From Octopus bimaculoides (taxonomy: Eukaryota), in assembly GCF_001194135.2 (NCBI RefSeq), contig NC_068986.1, positions 3,691,943-3,732,542 of the forward strand: 40,600 nt of DNA, read 5' to 3'. The translations under genes and the position numbers were made by a program. This document shows, piece after piece, positions 22,460 through 35,389 of the stretch. The first letter of the stretch is position 1. Every line of letters begins with the position of its first letter. The notes beneath the pieces were generated by a model. It did no database searches. It was not told where the DNA came from and saw nothing but the letters and a program-made list of their open reading frames with translations.

Positions 22460-23648
22460 TCAGGTTGAGTCAAAATTTCTTTCGTATTTCAAACTTTAAT
22501 TAATAGTTCTAGCAAATTACACACGAAAAGCATTTATTCATCAAAATATATCCCATCATATTCTATTGTCTATTGCTATCGTTGTAGCTGTAACTCAGTT
22601 CCACCCTTATACTATCTGGCTGGTTTAGGTTTAGAGGCAAACATCTTGCACCCGTTTTCAACCTCATCCTCATTCTTAAACCTCATTCTTGAGCCTACTG
22701 TTACTTCACCCTGCCTACTGTTCAGACCTTGCACCAGCAAGCTCTTGACATTAGGCAGGGAGGGGTAACACTTTCAGTCCCTCAAGTCCCTCAAGTCCTT
22801 CAAGTTTGCACTTGGTCACATTGGCAGTATGGGCTGATGCACGATAGTTGTTGAACGTAAAGGTTAGCGTTCATAGCATGACTATCTGGGACAAGCTCAA
22901 AGCGCTATACCCCATCAAAATTCAACAAAACACACAACATGGCCTCCTGCTTAAACCGACTTTGCTTCGCAACTGATTCTGAAGCATAATAGGAACGAAA
23001 CCAATGGTTTCTCTTAGAAGGATTACGAAAATAGATCCATTTTCATCCTCAGATACAAGTTGACGCCAAAAACGGGCATCTCAAGGATTTGCCGGCAGTT
23101 ATTTGCAAATGTTCACATGTTGCTGAACCTTGTCATTGGTTCACTTCTCGACAGTATCTATTCACAAAGTTGAACTTATGGAGGTGTCAATCGAGGATGC
23201 TTTGTGAAGGACCAAACTCTGCCGACTATGTGCGAATGATTGTGCTTAGCTGTTGTTCACCTATTGTAAGCAGGGCCTTGTGTTCCGCAGCAGGTCTCCC
23301 TGACCTTGGTTTGTCTTCGAGGAAACGTCTGAACTAGCTTTGTACCACACGTTTGTTGACAGTTCCTGGGCTCTCCCCATTATTAATTCCTTTTGTCGCT
23401 ACCCTTGCACTCAGCCCTTTTTACCATAGGGAGTGTAAAATGACTTTAATAGCAATCTTTTCACCACTCATTATCAAAGCTTAAAAGTAAAGACGAAACA
23501 ATAAATGTTTATATGCTATATATTAAAATATTGAATAAAGAATTCAGCAACGATTGGACAAGCTGTATCAAATTAAGGATATTACATGGGGATACAACTT
23601 GCCAAAAGTCATAAATGAAAATCCGAAAAAACTTTTGACTCAACCTGG
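22460..23648 (-). mobile_element. Near-full-length decayed mariner transposon
   Basis: TIRs (T)CAGGTTGAGTCAAAATTTCTTTCGTATTTC and its reverse match ending 23648, followed by TA. The transposase pseudogene starts at ATG 23471: HTH region, EDKPRSGRP, DE.WIYF, AMLCV..NFDGV, AHTANVTK..L..LKVLPLPA, IEYDGIYF. Many stops. Confidence 0.9.
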
Positions 23649-24454
23649 TAGAATGTCTGAAGTTCACATCTTTTTCTCGTAATTCAAACGTATCTCAAAT
23701 AAATTGTTTTTAGCATTCCGGAATCGTAACTGGAAAATAAATCTCGAAGGAAGCTTAATTTGCAGCGAACTTAACCATATTCCACGGAATTTTCCACTCT
23801 ACTTTTGGTAATAAAAATATATCAAATTAGGTGAAAATATCGCAAACGTTAGCACCAAATACACACTTTATTGTATACAAAGGAATCTCTCATTATTTAA
23901 TTTACATGTCAAAGTGTCATTTACTTTTGTTGCCGTTCCACTATGCCCTCAACTGAAAAATATGTCACCTAAAAAACACAATATACGAAGGTTATTTTCC
24001 TATTCTTGCTGATCAGAGTTTTTCAGCATCTTCCTGAAGAAAATTCTTTTTCTCGATTTCTTCTCTTTTAAAACAATTTTATGAAATATAAAAATTTTAA
24101 AGTAATAAAAATAAGACTTCTTTCAAAGAAATTTTGGGAAAAAAACCTTAGTCATTCATTAAAAAAGTTCACTAAGAGTGTATAAACTAAAAACCTAAAC
24201 AAAATCCTCATTGCTCTAATAAATCTATTCAATTTATAAATTATTTGATTTAAAGCGAAAAAGTCCATTTTTAAATCTATATTGTCAACTGAATAAATAA
24301 ATAAAATAAGGTTTCTATTCTATAGATTGCATAAGATGTACGCAGTTTTAAATTTGACATTTATTTTCAACAATTATCTAAAAGCTCTCAATATAAGTGA
24401 CATTTTAAGACGGAATAACGTATTTAACGTAAATATATTTTATACATGCTTGCG

Positions 24455-24695
24455 TTCATACATACACAAACACATACATATATATATACATACATACATA
24501 CATACATCCATACACACACACATACAAATATATGCATATATATTATGCACATATAGATAAATATATATAAATATGTGTGTGTGTATGCATATATAGATAT
24601 ATAATATATAACGTATATCCATCCGCCCACCCATCCATTCATCCATGCATACATACATGCATGCATACATACATGCATGCATACATACATGCATG

Positions 24696-24731
<36 letters not shown>

Positions 24732-24792
24732 CACGTGCGCGCGCGTTATCTGTGTGCGTGCCTGCGCGCGCGCGCGCGCGTGTGTGTGTGTA
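24455..24792. repeat. Compound TACA/TA/CATC/CATG microsatellite ending in (GC)8G(TG)5
   Basis: Seen directly. Confidence 0.95.
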
Positions 24793-24971
24793 TTGCTGTT
24801 AATGTATACTCAACGTTGAGTGTTTACAAGTAATTTTTCTTGTTTATATAGGTTCAGGCATGACTGCCGTTAAAATGTTCGCTTCGCAACTACGAGATTC
24901 ACTCACACTTACACGGCATCTTGAGCAAATGCTTTCTACAATAGCTCTGGGACAGCCAGTGCCATATAAGT

Positions 24972-25017
24972 GAATTGAGTGGAGAAAGAATTGAGTGGAG
25001 AAAGAATTGAGCGGAAG
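24972..25017. repeat. 16-bp tandem repeat AATTGAGTGGAGAAAG x~2.8
   Basis: Seen directly. Confidence 0.9.
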
Positions 25018-25074
25018 CGACGAGAATTTCAATCATTAAAGTATCTATCTTGAATGGCATTTCAGAAAATAGTT

Positions 25075-25358
25075 CACTTTACGAGGATCCACTTTACGAG
25101 ACCCCGGTTTACGAGTTTTATTTCATAAGAAATATGAGGTTAGACAAATATCTTGTGTGAGGCAACGTTGCAACATGTGACAACACTGATTCTGACGCGT
25201 CTACACAGCTACATATAGCGACAGAGTAAAATGATGGCATAAAATTTCATCGCTACTATGGGAAATCATTGTGCTGCTTTACGAGTTTTCGCCTTACGAG
25301 TTTTCGCATTACGAGAGATGTTCAGGATCAAATTAACTCGTATATCGAGACATTACTG
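25075..25358. mobile_element. Tigger-like MITE remnant, left TIR eroded
   Basis: Right end CTCGTATATCGAGACATTACTG-TA; six TTACGAG subterminal motifs in two clusters. Confidence 0.6.
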
Positions 25359-25495
25359 TACCCTTATTCGTTTTTGTTGTTCAAATACATGCCAATGACC
25401 ACTCTGAGTTATAACTCTCAGTTCACATTTCATTTAATTCATACAAATAACTGGACCATAAATGTGCTCTTTTCTGTTTTGCATACATCTAAAGA

Positions 25496-25821
25496 GTAAA
25501 GACCCACTTCGTTCATGAATGACCATGGGATTGCACCGAGAAAGTTCTCCTCCGAAACACAGGTCCGTGCAAGGTTGTTTATGGAAGACCAGTAGTAGCC
25601 CATGCCTTCTCTACGCCACCGATGTTGTCCAAAGGAAAAGCAAAGGCCGATATAGCTTGGCACCAGTGAAGTCGCAACTCATTTCTACAGCTGAGTGAAC
25701 TGGAACAAAGTGAAAATGAGGTGTCTTGCTTAAGAACACAACACACAACCCGGTTCTGGAATCGGACTGAATACCTCATGATTGTGAGCCCGACGCTCTA
25801 ACCACTGAGCCATGCGCCTTC
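25496..25821 (-). mobile_element. tRNA-derived SINE family C (CORE/Meta-like centre, third tail type)
   Basis: Head GGCGCATGGCTCAGTGGTTAGAGCG, centre TTGTGTTCTTAAGCAAGACACCTCATTTTCAC...CACTCAGCTG, tail ...GCAATCCCATGGTCATTCATGAACGAAGTGGGTCTTTACTCTTTAG. Confidence 0.85.
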
Positions 25822-26020
25822 CACATATATGTCTAAATATCTCGTCAGATGAAAATAAAATGGAACAATTACTATACTGCTGATAATTCCTATTCAAGCA
25901 GAAAAGCATGTCGTCATCAACCCCCTTGTCTTATCACAATCAGGCTTTTCCTAATGGCATGGGAATTTCGGAGAATTCTTGATTCTTGACTTTATCTCCC
26001 CTTCATATTTGAAATTGGTA

Positions 26021-26276
26021 AGAAAATCTCTATAAGAGATGAAAGTAGTGACTATACTGAGAAGTAATGTTTATCGCCACTTCAACATGGCTGTTCTGTA
26101 GGAGCAGTGACTGGTTGTCACTGCTTGCAATATACATGGGGTGCAGATTACATCGAGGCGTCCTTCTGGGGTTAAAATAGTAGTAATATCAGTTCTTACG
26201 GAACAGCCATGTTGAAGTGGCGATAAACATTACTTCTCAGTATAGTTACTACTTTCATCTCTTATAGAGATTTTCT
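26021..26276. repeat. Long inverted repeat: 83-bp arms (26021-26103, 26194-26276), 3 mismatches, 90-bp spacer
   Basis: Arms were aligned base by base. Confidence 0.95.
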
Positions 26277-26484
26277 AACTAGCTAATTTGCTTGTTGCAA
26301 GACCAGTGACTGGTTGTCACTTATTTTCTATATATTGCGAGGTGGAGTGAACTACTACGATCTCTAGCGGACAGGTTTTTGTTGTTTTTTGAAGAATACT
26401 AAGCGGAATTTTTTGTGCGAAGAAAAGATGTTACGCAGAAGCTACTGAAGGTCAAGATACGATAGACCCACGTGTGCTGAAACC

Positions 26485-27513
26485 GAAGGAATTAGTGAGT
26501 GTAGATAGACAGACTGGTTTTGCTAAAATGAAGCTAAACACAGGTGAAACTGTCATCTATTCTGGCAGGGTAGACGAAATACACCGCAGTGGAGTAGCTT
26601 TTATGATGTCCAAAGATGCTGAATCGACACTCATGGAACGAAAACCAGTGAGTGAGAGAATCAGCACAGCCAGATTTTATTCTAAATTCATTAAACTAAC
26701 AGTTAGCGACGTGTATGCACCTACAACGGATGCAGAAGATGAGGTGAAAGACACCTTCTATGAACAGCTGCAAACTGTCGTTGAGAATGTGCACAAACTT
26801 GATATGGTTATAGTAACTGGAGATATGAATGCCAAGGCTGGAGCAAATAATAAGGGGAATGAGAGAATAATGGGTAAACATGGAACAGGAATCATCAATA
26901 GTAATGGCGAAAGGTTTATAGAATTCTGTGGGATAAATGACCTCGTCATTACTGGAACTGTATTCCCACACAAGGACATTCACAAAAAACACCTGGACCT
27001 CTCCAGATAAAAGAACAACAAAACAACAAATCAAATTGATTACACACTCGTCAAATGTAAATACCGCTCATCAATAAAAGACATCCAGGTCATGAGAGGC
27101 ACTGATGTTGCAAGTGATCATCAGCTTGTAAGGTCACAAGTGAAGTTGAAACTTCGAAAACACCTGTACAAGACAAAGACAGACCCAAGAACAAAATATG
27201 ACACTTGCAAACTACAAAATCAAATAATTAAAAGGAAGTTCATTATGGAATTGAAGAATAAATTTGCTTTGCTTGAGGCGATTCCAGAAGATATTGACAT
27301 AGAAAGGAAATGGAAAAATTTCGATAAAGCATTCAACCAGATAACCGAAGAAGTACACGGTGTAAAGAAAGAGAATAAAAAACCGTGGATAAGACCAGGC
27401 ACTTGGGAAAAGGTTGAAGAGAGAAAACACCTCAAAATTAAAATTGAAAATGCCTGGTCCATCAGAATTAAACAACAGATGCAAATGGAATACAAAGCAA
27501 AAGACAGAGGTTA
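26485..27513 (+). mobile_element. RTE-clade LINE fragment: APE endonuclease and linker
   Basis: GISECR, YSG...SGVAFMM, VSERISTARF, VYAPT, TGDMNAKAG, NSNGERF..FC, TNQIDY and ASDHQLV; one frameshift near 26995. Confidence 0.92.
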
Positions 27514-28760
27514 GCAACCTGGATGCTTTGTAGAGAGTGTGTTATCAAAGAAGCTGAATCATCTTTATACCATTCTGGCCATTATACCATTGTTAAATGA
27601 TCTTATTACACTGATCATCTTTTGGGGACACCCAAACGTATGCAGGACTTTGCAAAGGCGTCACGGTTTATCGTATCAAAAACTTCTATTAAATCAATAA
27701 AGATCGTACACAGGTCCTGGTTATGCTCTCTAGCCTTCTCCTCGACCTGACGAGAAGCGAATATCATATCAATTGTCCCTCGACCACGGCAGAAACTGTA
27801 TTGTGATTCAGGATACATAGTGTCCATCAGGTGAAGAATGATCCTGTTGAGCAAGGATTTGGTGAGTATTTTACAGTTAATTGTTGCGGTAACAGTACTT
27901 TTTGCCTTTTCGTATGTATAGACGAACTAATGAGACACCTTTGTAATTCTGTGAGACAACACTCTGGTTTCATATGTTCTGGTAAAGCTTGGTGAGTTTT
28001 TCAACCAGGTGGGTTCCACCATGCTTGTAGACTTCACTTGATGTGCCGTCAGAATCTGGTGACTTCCTGGAGAACAAGATATCGTGTTGTGAGAAGAAAT
28101 TAACTTTGAACTTTGTTGAAGTGCTCTGCCCAGTGCGAGAGAAAGTCATTCTTGTTCGCAAGCAGCTGAGTGTCATCTGATGTTAGAACTGGTGCGGTGT
28201 ATCTGGTCTTGGGGGTCTTAGATTGCCTTGAGTCCCTCATAGAAGATTTCTCAGTAGCTGTTTGTAGTTCAGATTCTTTGTTCTCCCCATGAATCCAGTC
28301 TGGTCTGCAGGGTGTACTGTGCCTGATGGCATGTAACCTTAGTTCCTGCTGATGACTTGGCGAGATGCGTTCCTTATCAGCAGAGTGTATTATTTCAATC
28401 ACTTCTGCAACAGTCTGAACTGGTACTCATCAAACCAGTTCTGATATTTGCGCTTTGCAAAACCGAGGATATCAGAGGCTGTCTCATATAAAAGTTATTT
28501 AAAATTATTCCAGTACTGTCGTCTGACGTGCTGATCAGAACTTTGTCCATGGTCAATCCCAGTTCTATACATTTTCCCTTTAACTTCAGTGCAGATAAGT
28601 AGATCCTGTTTAGAGTTGACGCTGTGTCCAGGTTCTTTGGTTGTAAAGTTTAAGGACATTGTGACCCTCACGTCCGTGTTCTGACTAGGAAACTATTGTC
28701 TCTGAGTGATCTGGTGGTAATGTAAACGTCCTTTTGGTCCCTGCTACAGAGCAATCACAT
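27514..28760 (-). mobile_element. Decayed RTE/BovB-like LINE fragment (linker plus N-terminal RT)
   Basis: HWAEHFN, GGTHLVEKLTKLYQNI, PESQYSFCRGRGTIDMIFASRQVEEKAREHNQDL..FIDL.EVFDTINR, GCPQKMISVIRSF. Confidence 0.88.
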
Positions 28761-28835
28761 TGTCAAAAGCCAATCTTTTGATCTGAGATGCATATAGGTT
28801 GTCTTTGAAATAACTTTAATTTAAGACTGAATCTA

Positions 28836-28875
28836 TGTATATACATACATACGTATGTATGTATATATGTATACA

Positions 28876-28909
<34 letters not shown>

Positions 28910-29206
28910 CATACATATACACACATATACATACATATATACATACATATATACATACATATATACATACATATATATATACACATATATATATACATAC
29001 ATATATATACAAACATATACATACATATATATACGTACATATATATATAAACATACATATATATATATACATACATATAAACATATACACATACATATAT
29101 ACATATATATACACATACATACATACATACATACATACATACACACACACACATATATATATGCGTACATACATACGTACATACATACATCCATACATAC
29201 ATACAT
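28836..29206. repeat. (TACA)/(TA)n compound microsatellite, ~370 bp
   Basis: Seen directly. Confidence 0.95.
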
Positions 29207-29362
29207 TTAAATTGGGGAAGGTAACCGAGCACGTCTTCTCAGAGAAGCATTAAAAAATATTACAAAATAAAAATGGTTCTTCAGGAGGGTTTTTTTCTGT
29301 CTCGTACATCAAAAGCACAAAAAGAATGTGTTTACATTCTCATTTCAGCCACAGTCAGGCTC

Positions 29363-29548
29363 TGTAATAACTTAATTGCATGGGGTAATCAGGAGAGAAC
29401 GTTCGCCGTTTCGGGGCTTGCCTCTCGACGGCATCAATGCGCGCCGGCTCCGCTCCCTCACTGATATAAGGCTCCGCTTGCCAGATCAACTGGTTATCAA
29501 ATAAAGCTCAATATTCTTCTAGCTATCACCCATCGTCTCTTTTATATA
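29363..29548 (+). mobile_element. Possible short solo LTR
   Basis: Starts TGTAATAAC; GC-rich middle, then TATAAG at ~29465 and AATAAA at ~29500 in LTR order. No clear terminal CA or TSD. Confidence 0.35.
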
Positions 29549-29571
29549 TGTATTTATATTCTTTTATATTT

Positions 29572-29740
29572 TTATTTGTTTCAGTCATTTGACTTCAGCC
29601 ATGCTGGAGCTTGGCCTTTAGTTGACGGGCTTCTTTCAGTTTCCGTAAACCAAATCCACTCACAAGGCTTTGGTCGCCCCGAGGCTATAGTAGAAGACAA
29701 TTGCCCAGGGTGCCATGTAGTTGGGAAGCAAACTTCTTAC
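29572..29740 (-). mobile_element. SINE fragment with CR1/L2-type LINE tail
   Basis: Minus strand reads ggcaccctgggcaattgtcttctactatagcctcggggcgaccaaagccttgtgagtggatttgg...gaagcccgtc...ccagcatggctgaagtcaaatgactgaaacaaat. Confidence 0.75.
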
Positions 29741-29756
29741 TGTGTATATATTTGAA

Positions 29757-30105
29757 TGAACACTCACTCACTCACTCACTCACGTACACCTACGCACGCA
29801 CGCACATACATACGCACGCATACACATACGCACGCATACACATACGCACACACATATGCACGCACGCACACACGCACACACACACGTATTCACGCACGCA
29901 CGCACACACACACGCACACACACACACACACACACAAAGAGAGGAATGGAAAAGACAGAAAGGAATAGAGAAATATAAAAGATTTGCTTGTATTTAAATT
30001 AGTTTCCTTTATCAACATCATTAACGTTATACCGAGCACAAACATCAACATGATCACCACCACCACCACCACCACCGTCATCATCTTCATCATCATCATC
30101 ATCGC
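29757..30105. repeat. (CACT/CACG/CA)n and (CAC)/(CAT)n microsatellites
   Basis: Seen directly. Confidence 0.9.
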
Positions 30106-30981
30106 CATCTTTAGGGAGGTATTTATCGCATCATTTGCCTTAACCCGAGGCAGATACTAAATAGCTGATTAATTAAAAACAAGAAATTTGTACGATACAT
30201 CATCAGCTTTCCAAAAATACATCTCATTAAGTCGAAGTTTTCGCTATTGATTTTGAAAAGTAATCCAATTTTCACATCTAGATCTTCGAAACAAGTCATT
30301 AGCCTGTGTGGGAATTATTTTTACCTATAATGACCGTATATATTGAGGGTTGTGAAAGTGTTAATAGTGAAGACATATGTTATTTTATATTCACACGTTA
30401 CAGATTGTGGTTATACATTACATTGATACTGTAATATTGCAGTTAGCATCCGTTTCTTGAGTAACATTTACATGATTTTCTAAGATTATCCCTACAGAAG
30501 AAAGATATATTATTTTCACCATCGCATGTGCAAGATGGAAAAATTCTTTTAGCTGAATGGCAAAAGTATCATTCCTACACGCCTACACCAGCTCAAGTTT
30601 ACCATATTTTTGTAAATATGATGTCTGTATGGAGAATGTATGCGTAGAAACGCACACAGACAAAGACACACACAACACGGCGCACATGTATACATATGTA
30701 TATATACAAATATGCATATATAAATATCCGTATATGTATATACATATACCTATATACCTGCATACACATACGTACGCACATGTTTATAGAGTTTGATATT
30801 GCTTTTTGACAACAAATCATACCACGGAAACTACAAAGAGAACTCGATGTAATTTAGCGAAGTAATACGGTTTTGCAATTTATTAAATTGAAGATTTTCA
30901 AGCAGAAATATCTGTCTGAAAATCTGCCAACTGAATGAAACGAGTATATATCTGGTCGCAGTGAGCAATTCAGTAATTTTC

Positions 30982-31130
<149 letters not shown>

Positions 31131-31730
31131 CACAATCATTACAGTTTATGAAATAATTCATTTTTGGAATTTGCTCTCGAAGTACACATAAACCTATAAA
31201 TAATAGCATGCTTTATATGTACTTCGAGTTATATGTACTACATATATGTACTTTATATGTCGAAAATAGCTTTATGTATATATAAGTTTTGAATGGAAAG
31301 TGGTCGCTCTTTCACAGAGATATATTTTATTCAAGCGTAGAGGGGTTTTAGCTCCATATCGATTAATATTCTTTGGATTTCCTTAATTTGTGTTAGTGTT
31401 AGTGTTAACACTTATGACGTTCCAGTTGTCGTTGTAGATGTTTTCATCCATTCGATACAGGAGAACAGAATTTTAAGCGACCCTCCATCTATTAGGATGT
31501 GAACGAATATTTGTCAACATTTGCCCTGAAGAGATTTTTACCTTTTAAATTCATAATACAATCTTAATTGCAAAATATGAATGAAGGTAAGAAATTAAAA
31601 CGAACGTAGGCGATATGAAATTGACTATTATATAAATAAATTGATTTTTCTGTGTTCAAACTCTCCATTGTACTTATATTATACACACACGGGCACGCGT
31701 ACGCACACAGGCACAGACACAGACACAGAT

Positions 31731-31763
<33 letters not shown>

Positions 31764-32101
31764 CACATACACATACACTGAACTGCTACTAAACGTTTCT
31801 GGTTACCAGCGTTTCTTCAGACCCGAGGCCCTCTGCTGCTCTATAACTTAGAGTGTGCTTCTTTTTCGGATTTATGATTCACCNNNNNNNNNNNNNNNNN
31901 NNNNNNNNNNNNNNNNNNNNNNNNNNNNNNNNNNNNNNNNNNNNNNNNNNNNNNNNNNNNNNNNNNNNNNNNNNNNNNNNNNNNNNNNNNNNNNNNNNNN
32001 NNNNNNNNNNNNNNNNNNNNNNNNNNNNNNNNNNNNNNNNNNNNNNNNNNNNNNNNNNNNNNNNNNNNNNNNNNNNNNNNNNNNNNNNNNNNNNNNNNNN
32101 N

Positions 32102-32136
<35 letters not shown>

Positions 32137-32905
32137 AAACGCTGTGCAACGATTGTATGGACCTGTAGGCCAGTACCAAGTGCGGCGTTTACAAACGGTC
32201 TATAGGTCTAAATAATTGCCTGCCACTTTTTAAAGAACAAATATAAAAGTCTACACTTGAATAATGTATTGAGTTCTGATCTGAAAGTAATCAACTTCGA
32301 TTGAGACATTTTCAACTGCAATGATATAGAATACATACATACATACATACATACATACATACGTACAATTGGAGCTGAACCGCAACACATCATCAGGAAA
32401 ACACTTCCACATTGCAGGTATGTATACATGTATGTATGCACGTACTCGATCTGTTTGTGCTAATAGTAACATGTAATACAGTGAAACCTGATATTTGACC
32501 GATACTTGGTGGTTAAAACTGCCTTTCCGTGAGGGGTGTAGCTATCTTGGTGAGGAGAGTTGGTAGGAATCAAACAGAACCAAAACAAAACTTGTCAAAA
32601 GGATGGATGCAGCCAGTAAAGGCTCAATGGCTATGTAGTAATAATGCGCGGCGATAGGGGATGGATGTCTTAAAAACTGTGTGCCGGTGTTCAGCATTTT
32701 GTAAGACAACTGTTTGCTGTGAAGCACCCCGTAACCTTCGTTCAAGTCCGTTGACTCCTTGGTTCCGACAACGAGAGTGGTTTGCAGTTTGGTATAAAAT
32801 ATGTTTTCGACTTAAAATATTATATGAGCATTGTTGACAATGCTTGAAGTTTTCTAGTGGTTATATTCGATTATGAATGGACAATTACCGTCCTCCCAAG
32901 CAAAT

Positions 32906-33074
32906 GCGCGCGCGTGTACACACACACAACATACACACCTACACCTACACACACGCACGCACACACACACAACACACACACACCTACACCTACACACACA
33001 CATACACACAACACACAACACACACACCTACACCCCCCCCCACACACATACACTCACACGCACACACTCACACA
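32906..33074. repeat. Degenerate (CA)n microsatellite
   Basis: Seen directly. Confidence 0.9.
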
Positions 33075-33677
33075 CTGTTTAACTGTTTCTAGGTGAATTC
33101 GACGTGAAACATGTGAACATGTGTTAAATGTCGATATGCATTTGTAACTTAATTTGAGAGAGGAAAGTCATATTTTGTTATCTTTTGTCTTTATATCACC
33201 CAGACTGGATTAATATGTGTATACAGAGCGGGAGGGAAACGCCTACGAATAAAGAATGAAGGTACACGTGGCCAGCTTGTAAGTATCCGTGTAGTGCCTT
33301 GTATTGATCTGCCTCTATTGATGTATACACTTTCAGTATTGATGTTTTGTGCAATGGCGACAATCTTCCAATACAAGCAACTTAAAATCACTAATCCTAA
33401 ACGTTTAAACTCTTGCTAGCTTACACAGAATTGAATGGGAAATGTTTTATCAACACAGTGTCTTAGAACTGTTGGAATATCACAGGGTAACGCGCATTAT
33501 ATCTTAAGGTCACCTTGAAACTGCAGATATTTCTCTGCCGACACATTGACAATGCTTAGCACCAGAAGAAATATATACACATAGCTTGTATTTTACTGCT
33601 ATAGAGGTAGGATTTCTACTCATGATACGGACAAAACTTAACCACTAAGTTACGCGCCTTCACAAGGAATAGTTGAT

Positions 33678-34135
33678 TGTTATCGACCCCGAAAGGATGA
33701 AAAGCAAAGTCAACCTCAGCAGCTGTTTGAGCAAGGACCTTGGTTTTCTTGATGTTTACTGTAGGGCCAAAGTGATGGTAAACCATAGCAAAGTTGGTCA
33801 TAGATTGTTGGAGTTATTTTGAATGAAAGAGGGCAGCATTGTCATCAACGTTCTGAAATGTGTTGCATATGCGTTAGCTGTTTAGATCGAAGTCCACTAA
33901 GATTGAAAAAATCTTCCATCATATCGATATCTGATGTCAACTACTGGATTGTCTGGAGGAACTTCGTGAAGCATTACAACCAGATACAAAGAGAATCGCG
34001 TAGGTGCTAAGGTGCATCCTTGCTTTAGTCCGCCTGTGATTGCTGGCAGCATATTTTGGTGGAATACACGTCCAGACATATTGCCATGTATTGCTTGAAC
34101 CAGAGAGATGAAGTGATCAGGACATCCAAAACGAT
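33678..34135 (-). mobile_element. RTE/BovB-like RT fragment fused to a SINE D fragment
   Basis: FGCPDHFISLVQAIHGNMSGRV..ITGGLKQGCTLAPT, IRYRYDG and FG.TVNIKKTKVL. The sequence then switches into gaggttgactttgcttttcatcctttcggggtcgataa at ~33722. Confidence 0.85.
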
Positions 34136-34758
34136 GGTGATAAACCTAACACTGCGATATTCCGATTAAATCGTAAAAGAAAAATGGGCGGGAAGAGGAT
34201 AATTCCATCACTGCGATATTTTTGAGACAAATGTGGAGAAATATTCAAAAGCAGAAATGGGAAATTGAGTAAAAATAATTATTCCACAAAATAACACAAC
34301 AGAATAATTATAAAATGTTGATCAGATAAATAAAGGAATTTCAGTGCCTTCATTTTAAAGACAAAATCAATTGAAATTATCACTTTACCATGTTATTGGG
34401 AAACGGTCTTCGCACCAGTTTTCGTAGAACACGACCATAATTTAAAGAAATACATCTTGCCATGCATAAAATACAATTACGAAACAGGTATCTAAATTTT
34501 AATGCGAATATCAATTTGATAAAGATTCTCACTCAAACTAAAAAATAGAATAATGGAAATTAATAATTTTCATTTGAAATAATTTTCTTAAATATGCAAG
34601 ACGAATTAAAAAATGCTAAACAAATTATATTTTATTGAAAGTTGAGCAAATGTGAGTTTCTAGTCGAATTTATTCGTTCTCAGGTTCTCCTGCGATACCG
34701 AAGGATATAAATTCCAGCTCATAAGTGTGCTTTGTGAAATAACACACACACACACGCG

Positions 34759-34789
<31 letters not shown>

Positions 34790-35389
34790 GCACACGATTT
34801 CGCACGCACAAATTTACCATGTATATGTCTATATGCTTGTATGAGTAAAGGGTGCATATTACTGCAATAATTACGAAATCATGATATACCGTTTAGTCTG
34901 TTTTTAGGAGGTTAGCTTTGAGAGATGCATTCCCTCGCGTTCGGTAAATATGTGTTTATTATGGTAGTTCAACTTTAGATTCCCTCTTAGTGTGAGGCAT
35001 TTATGTACAGTAATGCCCTTATATATNNNNNNNNNNNNNNNNNNNNNNNNNNNNNNNNNNNNNNNNNNNNNNNNNNNNNNNNNNNNNNNNNNNNNNNNNN
35101 NNNNNNNNNNNNNNNNNNNTATATATATATATATATATATATGTAGACCTGTTGCTTGTTTACATTCAGAGGATTTACGGTAGCGAACTTGCTATGAAAT
35201 GTTTTCTGTCTATCACTATAGTTTTTCATTCAACCTTTTCTTACAGCGACCTTCTCATTTTACATTCTATTTGAAAGATTTACGGTAGCGAATTCATTAG
35301 GAATCCCCTTTCTTTTCAGTATCGTTGTTTTTCCTTTTATCGTTTTTTCGCAGCGCCCGGCTAGATTTATACCTTTTGTTTTTCTCTTT

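Noticed and set aside
26485-28760. Adjacent plus and minus RTE fragments as a twin-priming inversion
   Set aside because: The pieces cover overlapping homologous regions with dissimilar sequence and are not contiguous; two different subfamilies.
31780-31830. CTGAAGA...GAAACGTT hammerhead-like string on the minus strand
   Set aside because: No stem II closing pair and no stem I pairing.
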